A DNA stretch of 64,000 bases. Origin: Balanoglossus misakiensis. Taxonomy: Eukaryota; Animalia; Hemichordata. Below, piece after piece: positions 37,430 through 52,382 of this stretch. Position 1 is the stretch's first letter. Each line of letters begins with the position of its first letter. The translations under genes and the position numbers were made by a program. The DNA is taken from positions 10,953,995 through 11,017,994 of the forward strand of contig CM082585.2 of NCBI GenBank assembly GCA_040954595.2, in the 5' to 3' direction. Below the pieces are notes generated by a model, which was given only the letters and a program-made list of their open reading frames with translations, was not told the DNA's origin and searched no databases.

Positions 37430-40400
37430 ATGCGGGCTACCACAACAGTGATAACCACAAAGCACATGTATGTATAGATTCTTAATATGTTTTGGACAGT
37501 GTGGGTATGATGTGCTTCAAATGAAGTCACGTGTTGGTGACGCAGATAGGTATGATGGACGGGTTTCTGCGTGACATCAGGATGTACGCAGAGGCCAGTA
37601 TCATCAAAAGTTGATAAAAGTGATGAAACACCTTGCATGGTTGTGTTCAGTCTATAAAATGTCTAGAAGTAATTAGTTCTTGTCAATGAATGTGTCAGAG
37701 ATTCATAATGGTGGCTGGTGTTTGTGATCAGTACAGGGAAACAAAATCGCTGATTTTTCCAGAGAAACAACAAATGCCGAGTTAATTTTTCTGCAAACCT
37801 AGCTCTTAGATTACACTTGAACATTCTAGTATCCGACTCAGAAGTTCTCTTTCAAACCATTATAGACGCATACGCTTGACTTCGCCCTTCGCTTTCCGAG
37901 CGCTATCTGTACAACCAAAGTAAGACGCAACGAGGACACTTATTTTCAGAATAACTCAGGGTTATCAGTATAGTAGCTAATGTCGTCAAGGAAACATGCA
38001 CGCTTGTCGGTGAAATCAATGCATGTCGTTTTGACAGCTGACCTCGGAAGGTTGGAAGAAGCACAAACGATAGTCGTAGTCGGTGGAAGCCATATCAGAC
38101 AAGGTAAAAGTCGATGGCCGAACACATCCTGCCGTCGGTTAGTTCATGATGGATATTATTCCGGTATATCCCCTTGAGTGTGATGAGGGAAGTATAGGAG
38201 TCATTGAATATCCAAGGATCTGAACAAGCTATGCCAACTTGTTTTGCGAATGCGTAATTATTGGATACAAGTCTAAGAACTCCAAGGAGGAAAAATTGCC
38301 ATGGTAACCTAGGCTGTCTCCAAATTCACCATACTGCATTTTGTCAGTTGTTGCAAAATGTCTTGGGAACGGACATTCGTGGTTGTTACAAAACACTTTA
38401 ATGCAAGTTCTGTGTATACCCTCCAGGTGTTGCAAAGTCAATCTTGCACCCAATTTCCACAAAGGGAGGTACCATGGTTCATTAAATGTCCAGACATATC
38501 ATATTAATATAATTCTAGTTACTGGATGACTTCTATCATGCATCATACGTTCAACGAGAATTATTCCGAATAGAAATCAATCGTCGGAGGTAAAATCTTC
38601 CGCGATTTCTTTTCATCCGGGTTATCGGCAGGTGTTGGCAAGTGATGGGGAAAAGTGAAAGGAATGCACATTGTTTTTGACCTCTGATTACCTTTTATCG
38701 ACATTCAGCTGACTGGAATGACAATTAACCAGGTCGCCACATACGAACAAATCTTGTGTGATATCTTAACTGCCTTAAGTGTTAACTCCAGGGACAGTAG
38801 AGAAGGGGGAGGAGGTGAATGTTGACACTTTCCCAGTATTTTATATTTATGTCTGTACGAACATTGTAGAGATGTATCTAATATCCGGATGAATCTCGCA
38901 CACCGGAAGTTTACTTAAAGTGAGAACTGACATTTTGTGTCAGGGAAAAATCATGGCCTATGTTTTTCATAACCAAGGTGTATTTGTCTGATTAATTAGG
39001 GGTTCCAGCAACTACAAATTATCCGTTCCAAATCCAAAAACGCCAGGTTCAATTGTTAGGACAAACATTGATCAAGGTACATAATTAAGAGAAATGCCAC
39101 CTCTGGGTAACATTAGCAGGGACGCTTGTCAGTAACAGCTGCTGGACCTTTCAATTATGTGTGAAGCAGAGAGTGGCATGTGTTGTAGATCTCCGCACAT
39201 GTCAAGTAACTGACGACTCCGTTTTCTTTAGACTTGCAAATTAACGCGATCAACGTCACCCCCGGGGAAGTGAAAAATATCACTTCAGCTTGGAGCAATC
39301 CCAAGCCTTCTTAACTTAAACAAAATTACCATACATGTCATTTGATTTCACATAGTGCCTACGGACACAGTGGAAAATTTCAGCGTTCGTCATAGAGTCT
39401 AGTTTAGTCCCACAATTTACGCAAATGACTTTATAAGATATATATTGTATCATCAACAGCTGCTACAGGTGACGCTTGAGTTTCTTGTAATATCAAATCT
39501 ATAACAGTCCCGAGGTTCTGTGTTTTCAACAAATCACGGCAATGTTATTTTGACACTAATAATTTAACATGGTATTTGATTTGTTAACTATGTACACTTC
39601 TTTAATTTCTTATCCTTTTCATGAAATCAAAGTGACACAAAACTTGCAATCGTGCGCATATATGACGTGATAAGTAAGAAGCAGCTAAAGCAATCGCGTG
39701 ATTACCCATTTTCTGTTATGGCTGGCTTTTAAAAATGCAAAATGTTTAACCTGTGTAGTCTCTGACGTGAGAACTAGACGCCGTTAAGACACGTGGTTTA
39801 AGTATGCGCATGATTAGTTGATGAGTAAATTATAAGCAAATTTGGCAACTTCATTTTCCGACAGCTTTTATGACCCTGCTGGCAGCCTTAGTTTGCAACA
39901 CAAATAGACTTTAGTCGACAAAAACCCAAGTTAGGATAATTGTTCACCGCAACTGACACTACTCAGTTTAACTCAAAATCCTTTGAAAATGGAGAACGCA
40001 AACCAGGGCATTTCCTTGTGCTTTTGAGTAAATGTCTTATGTTCAGTAACTAGTATACTCTTTTCAGTATATTCCTTTGAAACGAACTTGGAGTTGTAGA
40101 CAATACAGGATAGAGGCTGTGATAATAAATTGATATTTATAGCATTTGTATTGCACTTAAAGTAAAATGTATTTTAACATTTTAATATCTCCAGATTTCG
40201 TTTGGAGGATTAGTGTGTTTCGCATTACCTACAAATTGTGGTTTGCGATATTTATGACTCACACATTTCTGGTTTTCTTGCGACCATAAACGTAAACGTC
40301 ACTTCCTGCACTTTTGTGTCACGCAACCCAGAAATGCCGACGTCACTGAAAACATAAACTTTTATTTTGGTGATAATGTTTCTGCCTGTAACTTCAGACT

Positions 40401-41916
40401 CGGATATCAGGTTGATGTGACGTAGTAGGAAGTTCACTATGACGTAAACAAGTACGTAAAGAAACACAATCTCAATGGTCACTGTGTCCCGGAATCACGT
40501 GGAGGATGTAAATTGGGCGTAAAGATTGTTGACACATGTACACCTGTGATCTGGGGGTAGGGCAATCTCTGTCACTGAAATAGACTGTATTACGTGTGCA
40601 CGTATTTCAAGCCATGTGCAGACTTGTCCTTATCCAAAACAACAACAGAATCACTCAGTAAGCAAATCTATTGCTTTGGAGTCCTTTGTATGTAAACTTA
40701 AGGACATGTTATCTAGCTTTCTTCAATGCTACCCAGTTCTGATGTGTGATATGCATGTGAATTGAAGGCAAACCTCGTAAAGCTGTTCATTCCATACACG
40801 CAAAAACTCGATATCTAGATATAGCAACGGAACTTTTAAATGAGAAATCGCAGCAGAGACATCACAGCAGAGACTCCCTGATCTTACTATTCAAGACACA
40901 GGAAATGTCTACTATTGTCCTTGCTGCAGGGAGGTGGGAGGGGGGGGGGGCACCTTACTCCTGTATTTTGATCTAATATTCTATCAATGAAGGCAATGAC
41001 CCTTCTTATATTTATTTCTGATTTAATTTACATTTATTTCTGATTTAATTTACTGACATAAAAAGGGAAAATTATGTAATTTATGTGATTTAAATTTAAC
41101 ACATTATCTGAACCACACAAGTCATGTAGTACCCTTTCAGAAAGTCTACCCACGTTATGGAGACAAAGTTGACTCTTGTATAAAGTATAAAGTATATTGC
41201 TTGCTCAAAATTTTAATTGCAGTTTTCTGATTGCTTCATGATGTTCCCTCACTATTCTATTTCTTTTCTTGCACCCTGATGCGTGATTTATGAATAGAAT
41301 TTCCACGGAATATCAGTCCGCCCTTGCTTTGAAATGGCAATTTTTAAATATTCATGAGTTCTCGCGGACGAACGACTGGAGTCATTACTCAGACATTGGT
41401 GAAGAGATTTCATTCAAATTCACAAGTACATTGTACTACGAAGTACATATTTATGTCAACTTGTTTCAAGATATGATCCAATGTGGCTACTAGGTGTCCA
41501 TACTATCTTCTTTCATGTCCAGAGGCAATACTTAGACTGACTTAATCAGTTTTGTTTTGATTCGGGTAGCAAGTCATGCATACGCAGGTCAAGCTGATCG
41601 GCGATAATCCAGTGTGGTTGCCAAGCGGCCATTTTCTGTTAGATTTTTCATATCCCGAGTCCTTTCTGGCGTGGCACAATTACAACGCACTATGACATAC
41701 ACAATCATGCCAATTTTGTTCATTTTGTTGTGGTACAATCAAATAAGGCATCAGGTGGCCTCTTTTATGATAATCTTAATTTTGTTTCATGCCTTGAGTC
41801 ATTGCTCGGAAATGGCTGAATCCCTTTTGACACAAGAACAAGGTATTTTACTCATACAAAATTTATGTTGAGAAATAGATATATACCGGTAGATAAATAG
41901 ATACTAGATAGATAAT

Positions 41917-41947
<31 letters not shown>

Positions 41948-41997
41948 GCAGACAGACAGACAGACAGACATATAGATAGATAGATAGATAGATAGAT
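41917..41997. repeat. Compound (GATA)n/(GACA)n microsatellite
   Basis: Direct reading. Confidence 0.93.
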
Positions 41998-42948
41998 GTT
42001 ATAACAGTGAGTTTTTACTATAACTCTACACAGTATGACATTTCACTATTTCAATTAGGCACATGGAACATCTTTGCAGGTCAGGTGACAGTTTTAGATG
42101 TGACAACGAAATATCACCATTTCACGAGGTATTCCTGCGAATGATCTCGCATTAAGAAGCGCCATCGTCTGCTTTATGCTGCGCACATTAGAATAGCATT
42201 TACACAATGCGTAATTTCGTCACCTGTGTGTGTTTATATCCTACTCCATTGAATGTCACACAAAGCAACATTTATTGCTTGCTTGAATGCTTGTTTTATG
42301 GAAGTCTTGATATAACTTCAGCACTTTTTACCTCATTCATGGCTTGGTCATTATGTGCGGCTGTGTTCAGGAAATGCGATATTTCATAATTGATCAACGG
42401 CTGCCATCCTTGCAATCGCCACGTCTGTCTGTCTTTCTCTATGTGTGTGTCTCTTGTGTATATCTCGCTGTGTTTCTGCTGCTATAACCCCCAACAAGGG
42501 CTAAAAACACCATGTTACAATGAAATATGACAGCCATTTTGATTACCCAGGGAACGACATTAACCTAGGCAATAGGAGTCTCCAAATAGGATATATATGT
42601 GAGAAAATTTTATTACAAATCTCATAATTACCAAGACATGATTACAAAAGATGTTTAAAAAAGACTGTCTCGTCACTGCCTCAAACTTTGAAGTTCTCAG
42701 CTTGAGCAGAAAGTATATGGACTGTATTCATTATTTATCTCAATACATCGGGTATAAATGCAGGATTTAAATTTTAGTCCCACGTCAGATTTCAACTCAT
42801 GCCATGAACCCATATCTAAAACGCAAACAAGCACTACTAAATACAAACATAACGGGGGCAAGATCTTTACCCAATGGGCACACTGCATCAGCTTTCTGCT
42901 AATCAACATAATTAACCGCCATTAATGCCACATTCAATTAAATGCGAC

Positions 42949-43036
42949 GTTTCCATGGCAACATCAATCTATGCTGTTCTGCAGACCTAGGGGCTGGCGA
43001 ATAAAAGCAAGTATACAGTGGATGTCAGTTTCATTC
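42949..43036 (+). promoter_or_regulatory. Putative core promoter of the neuropeptide gene: RFX X-box, TATA-like box and Inr
   Basis: GTTTCCATGGCAAC (42949-42962), AATAAAA (43000-43006), and TCAGTT/TCATTC initiator-like motifs (43025-43036) at TATA-Inr spacing. Confidence 0.5.
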
Positions 43037-43334
43037 TAATGTGGTGTGCACAGCAGATACTCTGGAAAAAGCGATAGGTGGAATAGTTTTCCTTTTTTTG
43101 CGAAGGTCGTTTCGAAGAAGCCACCCGGTGTTCTTGTCAGCCCGCCGTGGGAAACACAACTTAAGAAGTTCAAAGTCGATCGGAGAAGTAAAACAAAAGA
43201 CACAGGGCATAGCAGAGACAGAATTTACTGAAACGTCAAGGGAAGAAACTTTGACAAGTGGAAGGCGTCTATTCCCCGAGATCGCTTATTTGATCCGTGA
43301 GAATCCTTCCGAATCTTTGGATTGATTAGACAAG
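43025..43334 (+). other. Putative non-coding first exon (5' UTR) of the neuropeptide precursor gene
   Basis: Follows the promoter motifs and ends in a consensus donor AAG|GTAAGA. The precursor ATG at 57772 sits directly after an acceptor (ttttgattacag|ATG), which points to an upstream UTR exon. Linking the two across about 14.4 kb is inference. Confidence 0.5.
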
Positions 43335-46300
43335 GTAAGAGAAATTCTTGTGAAAATGATTTAGAACTTCTGCTGTCGAAATAGTTCTTTCTTTTTTAAA
43401 CTAGGGCAGCTGGTGCCCTTTTCATAACTATTTTAAATTTCAAAAGTACATGTAGATGTTAAAATCAACGCAATGATGTTTTAGATCTGCTCCCCAAGAA
43501 CTGGACTGTCATACAGTAGGCAATGGCAAGTCTTTCAGTTTTGGTAATTGTCATTTAAACACTACAGATCTTTCTTGTGTAGGAATATCAATTTGCGGTT
43601 AAAACTTAGTTTAATAGGTGTTTTTGACGAGGGTATGACCTCATGTGCGTGCTTGTAAAATATATAAATCACACTTAACAACGAAATAACATGTTATGCA
43701 GATAGAGTAAAATATAAACATAAAAACTCACATGTAGAAAATGACAAATGTGTCAGAGTGTTAAAGGACTAGGGATACTGACCGCTGTATTGTACCATTA
43801 AAACATCTGAATGCTTAAAAACTTTATACTCCTTTTTGAGGACGTTGTTTTTGCGAGTTCTAGTTATCGATCTCTTGCACAGGCGACACAAAGGCGTTGC
43901 AAAAATCCATGAATTAATCACGCAAACAAATGCTACACATATATCAATATATATAAGCGCTGACTTGCCCAATAAAATTAACACTCCTGGCGATGTTTGA
44001 AATACAAAATCTGAATGGAAAAGATTCCAACATTATACTTGTCGTTTCTCGTCCTAATATCTGACTTTTGCTCTGATTTTCCAACTCTAAAAAATCCAAC
44101 ATTCGTAGTCGACATTTGATCAAATCCCATATGATTGTTTTATCCTTGTGCAAAATTGAACTTCTATTCTTAGAATCGTTTGTGACAAACGAGATTTTAT
44201 CAAGAGCAATAGTAGTGTGTGCGCAGGTTCTTCTGAAGTAATCATTTAAATCTATCAAAGCGTAGTATTATTACAACCAATCTCTCAAATAGATAGATTT
44301 AGACCAGTTTGATCGTTCTAGTGCACGCCTCACTTTTTATGAAATATAGGCTCCCTAATGTGACTATTTGTGATATTATCCATTGCGTGGTTATTTTTGA
44401 TATCCGTCAACATGACACATGGAAGTTGAACCCATGTTTATAAAGGTATACATGCAGAATTCTCTTGCTTTTAAAATATTCATTTTCATTTCTTTGCTCA
44501 GAGATATCCCATATGTTATCCTATTCTATTTGTAAAACATAACAGGTATCGAATACAAAAATGAAAAAGAGATGGATTGCCTCACTTTTTGTAACATTCA
44601 TTTTTGACTGAAACTGAAATAAATTAATGGAACAGTACAAAACAAGAAAACGATAGTTAAGTGAGCTGTGCATGATATTCACTGAGCAAGTAATTAACGA
44701 CGGTAAATTTGTGGCCAAATTCTCACCTATTGTCAGTAAAGACGCATGATGGATTGTACTTCAGAACAAGGTGTACCAAATTTGTAACTTGTACCAAAGT
44801 CACTTTCTATTTTTGCTTGAGTTGAAATGTCTGACGTACGACGCTATGTGTCTTATAAGACTTGGACTTAGTCTGTCATTGGCAATAGAAGTTATGTGCC
44901 TGGTGAATAGCGGATATTACTACTTTAGTATGGTGACACACAGACCTAAAGCTAGTTCAACATACATGTCGCAGCAATATATTTGTAGTTAATCTCATAC
45001 AATCACACCGTATCTCACCACGTGACCAACCTGGATACGAGATTTGATTGGCTAGATCAATATGGCGACTGTCATTTTCATTTTGTTATCGATCGGAAAT
45101 TAGAACACGAGGCATATTATCGAATATCATGCGTTATGTTCCGCTTTTGTAAACTTCAGCATTGTAGACGTGTCAGTTATTGCGTTATAATCACAGTGGT
45201 GGTGGAACTTTAATGACCCTGCACACGCATCTCTGATCCTGTTGGAAGTAAAGAGCTTGCCACTACCGGGGTGGGACGAAGCAGTTCCTATTATACTGTA
45301 TCGATATCAAAAGCTGACATTTAAATACACAATGTGTAATCATGCATGGGTTTGTGTCGTGCAGTTCATTTCCAGACACTGCACTAATAAAATAAACGCT
45401 GAAATAGAAACGTTGAAACAGATCACGACTCATGATCTGGTTTTTGCCTTGAATGCCAGCAATTGATACAATGATTTTTTAGTTCGCCAGTGTCTATAAA
45501 AAGATAAAATATCATTGACTTGCAATATTTATGATTGTCCACAGCTCCGTTTAATCTGTGTATAATTTCATGAAATCATATTGCAAGATTATTTATGTAA
45601 GTGAAATGTTGCGATAGAAATGTTGATTGAAGGTGCTTTTTTTTTTTAGAATTTAACATGCATATCAGAATATCGAACTTCAAATAGATCTGCCATGGGC
45701 ATTTATCATGTGATTCTTTTTAACTTCCTGCAACATTTCTTATTAAAGTAAATGTAACGATTTTTGATAACACATTAAGTTTTATCGATGACTGGTGCAT
45801 GGAAACGTCTCAGGGTTTATATTGTGGTTTTGTGAAAAATCTTTTCATTCAACCCATGCCATATACTGTGTGAATAAATATGCGCATAGATTTATAAATA
45901 GCTAGTCCATTCTATTTGAGAAATACCCAAATCGTTATCATTCGTGGCAATGCATATATAAACTAAGCTGCACTGTGTTATATAATGAAGACAACCATGG
46001 CACAGTTGAAGATGTGACGCGTTATGTGACTAATCATAAAAAGATGGACTTGTGCATAACGCAAACTTGTTTCTCATGTTTGCTATCACCACTTTCCAGG
46101 CACATGTTCACTTTTATGGTTGAATGGCATTGTGAATGATAATTCCCAAAATGAAGATTAACATCAGAATATTTACAAAGATCATTGTGATTGTAAACTG
46201 ATTTCTGTCTTAAAGGAGTTTTCATATGGAATTGAAAAGAATTTTGTGTAATGTTAAATATACCTAGATTCCGCCATTATTAAAATGTTTGCTTGACAAG

Positions 46301-49300
46301 AAGCTATTCTGCTCTACTGTACAGTAAAAATGAACACCAGACAATTATGTGGTAAGGATGACCCCTGTTTGTGAAATGGAAACCGCATACATTTATAATC
46401 TAATCTCCTTGACAACATCCACCTGGCAAGACAAATTTTCATCATTCACACACTATAGTTTAATAGGACCTTGATCTTAGCAAATGACGCTCAAATAATT
46501 GAGAACATAAGACAAAATTTTTTACCCGCGAGGAAAGACGAGACGGTTTGTTAATGATGTGAAATTGTGCGATACTGATTTCGTATTTCTGACAGGACCG
46601 TCATTCTGTTTTATTCCTGATCGAAATTGATCCGAGATGTCCTGGGATTTCAACATGAATGTCAGTGTAAAGGAAATCCGTGATAGTACATAATCTCATT
46701 AAAATTATGAAAGGTCGTGTGATTACAAGTTTTTTGTCATATCTGTCACGAGATAGACACATTCATAGTCTGAGAATGATTCATTGTCAGTCAAACCTTA
46801 TTTCCGTTTGATTTCATTGCACATACCAGGTTTACTAAATGGCCGATGATCGTCTTATGCGCATGTGTGTGATTTCGTGTGTGCAAATTTTGCGGCGTAC
46901 CGTATACGTATGTAGACTTAGTTCTTTCCCTTCTATGGTTGCCACCATCTTGTAAGTTGTTAGGACAGCACCACGATGTACACTGCCTTATGGCAATGAC
47001 TGTATACAATTTTCTTAACCAGAGTCTCTGGTTTAGCACATGCGCATAAGACAATCGTGGCCCTTTAACACTTAAGCATCGGTTAATATAGTCAGGAATG
47101 ACAAACATGCATTTCATTGCTTGGATAGACTGGACACGTACAATTGAAGCGATTGCGCCCCACTTTGAAGATTAATGGGTTGTTTGTGAAATTTTTACGT
47201 GTATGTTCCCAGAGATGCTTTCTGTTTGTATGAGTAAAAAATTGTGAACGTAACAAGAGAAAAGTTTGGTACAGTACGACTTTAAGGTTCTATTGTGGTG
47301 ATTTTTCATTGGTGATAGAATCGTTTTAATGGCACTAGGAAGGTGATAAGGAATTGTTGCTATGAAGTATTGACTAATACACTAACACATTCAAGTTGTC
47401 AGGTTTACCTTCTGCTTGAAAGGCGAGTGTTTCTTATCGTCTCTTGACGATCGATGACATGGCCACTTTACGGATATTTGTGTTTTCAAGTTCTGTCACA
47501 CACAATCAAGGACTGAGATAAGCTCTACTTATTTGTCGCGCTGAAGACATTAAGTGTCTGCTTTCGAAAATGATCGTTGCCAGAAGCCAAGAATCGGATG
47601 AATTTGTATTGGTGTTACAGAATTTGTTTACGTACATTTAACGTACATTCAACAATGCTTATGACCAGAAGTATTGGTTAACACCAATTTATGTAAAATG
47701 TTTCAATTCAAGATGAAATGTGACCCTCGTGTAGGGGGAAAGTACGATTTCCTGAAAACAGATTATGGTGAATGCTTTTGTGGATAAGTATAGTTCCTGA
47801 ACGGATTGCACATATGCTCTTTGTATTCCAAAGGGTTCCATTTGGGCCATGTTATCCATGCTGATTTTCTCTAGCGTGTTCAGATATGCACACAGCTTCT
47901 GTGAACATCACATTTAAGTATGAACCTCAAACTGGAAACTAAAACTTCTGTAAAAAAGAACTAAATCCAGCACTTGTGGGTGGGCGTTGTAGGGGGATTC
48001 AGTGTATCCGCCAACATGTCAAATTTCCCCCCGCGTTCTAATTTATGGTTCACGGTTCAGCTAGCTTTCGCGTTTGGTGGCAACCATCGATTTACACCCA
48101 CGGTTTCTTTCGTACAAAGCATAGAATTTCATACTCGCATATTGCACTCCTGCGGTCTATGCGCAATACATAAAATAAGCTTAGCACAGTAGAAACGAAT
48201 TATATATGTTTTTAATTTGAAATACCCTAGGCAAATTTGATTCTTCACAAAAAGCTATTGGAGTTAAACACAAGCTGACAACTAATGGTTTTCCTCAATA
48301 AGAAGATCTTCAACATTCACACTTCTTTTGTGGCAGTTTCAGGGGAAAGGGGGCGTCCAATCTTAGATCCATTCAAACCACTGCTCCATGAAAGATTTCA
48401 AGACTAGAAATTCGCAGGAGGTGAAAGAGGCATACCATTAGGACATGATATGGCAAAGATTTGTTCACATATATATCCCTCATATCAGATGTGACCGTAA
48501 TAAACCATTTTGCGTTGAGTGGATGCTCTGTAGGAACTGTGCGTCCGACAATAGGTTGCGTGGAGATTTGACTTTCTGAACAAACGTGGCATTTAAAGTG
48601 AATTGAACATCAGCAGGCCTGGAAGAAACATTGCCATGTTCCCAAGTTTTCTCAGCTTCACTACTGCCAGTAATGTTTACACACTAGTTGGTACATACAC
48701 TGGCATATATTAACTTGGCTGTTTAACGTCTTCTTGAATTCACATCACGTAATCAGCGAAGGTTCCAATAATGTGACACATTTAAATAATGCAAATCAGA
48801 GTAACAGAGTATTGTCCTTGAAAAGATTGCATACTACATGTATTGCTTGTGTGCTTGTTTAGGAAGAATCGTCAGAAAACAACGTACAAAGCTTGTGTTG
48901 AAGTGTATTGCAGCTTTTTGAGCTCCAATTTTTTTTCCAGATCACTAAAGGGTACTCCCACTTGTAAATACCGTACAATTTCCCCCTATGCACAAAACTG
49001 TGAGATAATTATGAACTGAATACTTTCCCCTCTCCTGCTACAGAACCATCTGTACATCTTCATAAAAGGTGAGCTCCCTGATGCCGCAAGTCTCTTGAAT
49101 GTTTAATGTTTTCATTCAGTTTCTTCAAAGGAAGCATTCTGACTGGTTTCCGGCCACAAAGTCGAGTCTATGTTAGCAGGGATTGTAGGTCTACAGTTTG
49201 ACCGTAAAGTGTCTGGATCATGTGAGAAGCATATGTTCTTCCTGACGTGTACATTAAATCTATCGATTTCTGGTGTTGCCTCATTGTTCGTTACCATGTA

Positions 49301-51707
49301 TGGTATTTATTGATATCAATAATGGCATTCGATCCAATCTTTTAAGTTGTCTATTCTGTCAAACAGACATCAGTGCGCCTGTTGCTATGATTATCCAAGT
49401 GTGCAATTCAGGTTGACCCATATCAAAGATGCAATGTGAACATTTTGTTTGACAAAGATTGACGAATTTGGAAATGAAAATAAACTGCCGGATGGTTGTA
49501 AGGAAACCAGTAAGGGTGAAAGCTGGCTGAACTGATTGGCTTAGATTACCAGTAAAGAAGACAGCGCACATTTCAATATCCACCCAGAAACTTTGATGTC
49601 ACGCGTTCAATATCAAATTGCACGAGATGTTTATTTAAATTGTTTGGAGTTCCGGAGTCATCTAGAACTATACGCACAATCCAAGTGCGCTGTCGTCAAC
49701 GGATAAATGCAAATGAACTTCCGTTTCCACGCATAGTCTCCGCGTAGTCCAGTTCTGTCACACGGCCAAAGGCATGTCTAATTTTACATGCATCATCAGG
49801 TTTGGAAGTCAAACCTCTGGCGCCACTGTCGGAATATGTAACGACCATCTGTTGATCATGAGTATCATTCTCATATATGTCGGTTTCTATTAAGTTCTTC
49901 TCGCATGCTACTATTTGCAAAGCGAGGTATCTTTGAGGTCATGAAAGTAAATACTGAAAGTATATTAGTCAATGTTCGCTCATAGAATAACTTGTCCACG
50001 AATTAAATTTTTTAAATTTGTTTTAAAACTGTTTATCTGTGGTACGAATGGCAATCTCTACAAATAATCTCTCGTGAGTGGATATTTGACCTTACTGGTA
50101 CTGGCTATCAATTTTCCTTTCTGTATGTCTGCAACATATCCTGTAGTAATAAACAGAAAGCAAAACTTACAGGAATTCCATTTTCTATATGAAAAACAAT
50201 CCCTGATGTATTACTTTAATGGCCGTGGTTCATTTAATGTGAAACTCGGCTCATGTTAACACCAGCTGGTAATGTAAAATGAGTATAATTGGGCTATTTG
50301 GTGCTTCTAATTGACGGAAAGCCATAATCTAATAAAATGGTTATGTCACCAATACTCTACGGTACATTACTCGTAAAGACATTTTGCAAAAGAGCCCCTA
50401 GTTTGCATTGACATATATAAAATTATTTAAGAAATCATGTATCCAAGTAGGTCCAAGTTTACCAGTAAAATGTTTGCTTTGTTAGGCTTAATTATTAAAA
50501 AAAAGAAGTTTGTAGTACCGTACAATAGGATAATTTGTCAATTTTTATAGTGATCCTCCTCCAAATGCTTGAGCAAAATTCAATGACCCACTTAATACTA
50601 ATACAGGTGCAACCCTAATTGGACCAGCCCTCTCTCCCCTTCTTGTAATTCTCCTCCAGCCCTTAAACTCTCGTAAATTCAACAGTAAATAAACTCCAAG
50701 ATTGTTCATGGCGTACATGAAACTAAATCAAAATTGTGAAAGGGTCACATGTCACAATGAATCCATATTGTGTTATTTCGCTCCGTTTATACGCCTGGAC
50801 AGAAACAGGTGTTGTCCGCTCACGGCGAAAAGGTTTGTTGTCTCCGCACAGCCTGTAAAATTAATGAAATCTCCATGTCATAACGAGCCAACTCATCATT
50901 TAAATTACTGCACAGGTTGCCAGAATAAAACTGTACCTTTCGGGCATAGCTCAGTGGTCTCTTTGGTTTATTATCATTTAAAATCTGGAAAAATGGATTT
51001 GAAATAGTATCTGATTTCAATACTGTGAACACTTTCTCCTTAAACTGGACAGTCCTCACATTGATATGGGTAACTATAGCTACCGTACATATTATGTGCA
51101 GTCTCACCTTACAACCCCGCATTACAATAAACATGACGTGAACATACTTTTATATGTTTCTCGCAGCTTTAAATAATCTATCCGCCTATTTTACCATGGT
51201 TACGTCCTACTATGATCTGATATTTCGTGCTAGGTCCTGCTAAAGAATGCTTTTACCATGATCGTTACTCTTAAATTAGACACTATCGATCAGGCATGAT
51301 TTTTATTGGAGACAGTGGCATCGATATACGGTGATGTCTCCCACTTCTCGATTACAATGCAACGGTTCCTGTTAGCTTTAGCGTTGGTAAATGTGTAAAG
51401 TTCGGTCTAGTCACCACCGTATGAAAGGCAACCAATGGTACTGCACGGTGTAAACAGTCAATTAACTATACCCATTCCTTTGCACCCCTCACAATCCAGT
51501 GTGCCTGTTGGTTTCTTTTTTCGCCAGACATAATTTTGAACGGCCCAGATTACTACAAACCTATATAAAAATGGAATTAATGTCAGGAATTTGGTGTTAA
51601 CTTAGACAAGTCCCATATCTCTCCCAAAATGTCACGTGACTCATTTAGCCCTGAGTAATGATATAGATTGTTGATAGTTCTAGTTCTATACCGGTATATA
51701 TATTATG

Positions 51708-52150
51708 AGGTTATTACGAAAATACCGCAAAGTATGCACGAGGACATTAGCGCTGAGTATCGCCCGACGCGTAGCGGAGGGCGATGCGCTGCGCTTATGT
51801 CCGAGTGCATACTTTGCGGTATTTTCGTAATAACCTTATTATTATACATCTTACATCTTCGATAGTTCTTGTTTTGCATGTTACTTGGCTTTCAAAACGC
51901 CCAAAATGCCGATACAATCGATCGAAAACCGCTCAGTGAGCAGCCATCTTTCTTTTTTGTTTACGTACGTGCGCGTGCGTTGGAATGCGGGCGCCTTGAA
52001 ACCGTCCGCATAACAGCGCATACCTGTACACGGTGAGTTTGGGGCGCCTTGAAACTAAGGCTTATTTAACGCGCGTTCCGTACGTACCGTTCCGTACGGC
52101 TTTTTATTGCACGCCAAAATCTATTGTTCTCGGCACTAGATGTATAATAA
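51708..52150. mobile_element. Non-autonomous hairpin element, possibly Crypton-like
   Basis: Perfect 32-bp IR (51708-51739 / 51805-51836) enclosing CGCCCGACGCGTAGCGGAGGGCG. A second IR pair TTATTATACATCT (51839-51851) / AGATGTATAATAA (52138-52150) follows. No TSD seen. The superfamily call is tentative. Confidence 0.5.
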
Positions 52151-52248
52151 ATATTTATATCTAACCCATAATAGGTTCACAGAATTGTTACCATTAGTGA
52201 TACTGCGCTCAAGAATTTCATTTCCGTCACTAATGCGACATTTATATA

Positions 52249-52382
52249 TTATTTGTTAACATTTTTGTTCGTTCAGCTGGGAAAACGTGAATGACGTAGT
52301 GGTCGCGTCACCCTAAGTAGTGACATAGCCATTACGTCAGAGTATGTTTCTCAGCTGAACGAACAAAAATATCAGCGAATAA
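52249..52382. repeat. About 134-nt palindrome (tiny MITE or RNA hairpin)
   Basis: Perfect 19-bp core ATTTTTGTTCGTTCAGCTG / CAGCTGAACGAACAAAAAT, extended by imperfect pairing inward and outward. Confidence 0.75.
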
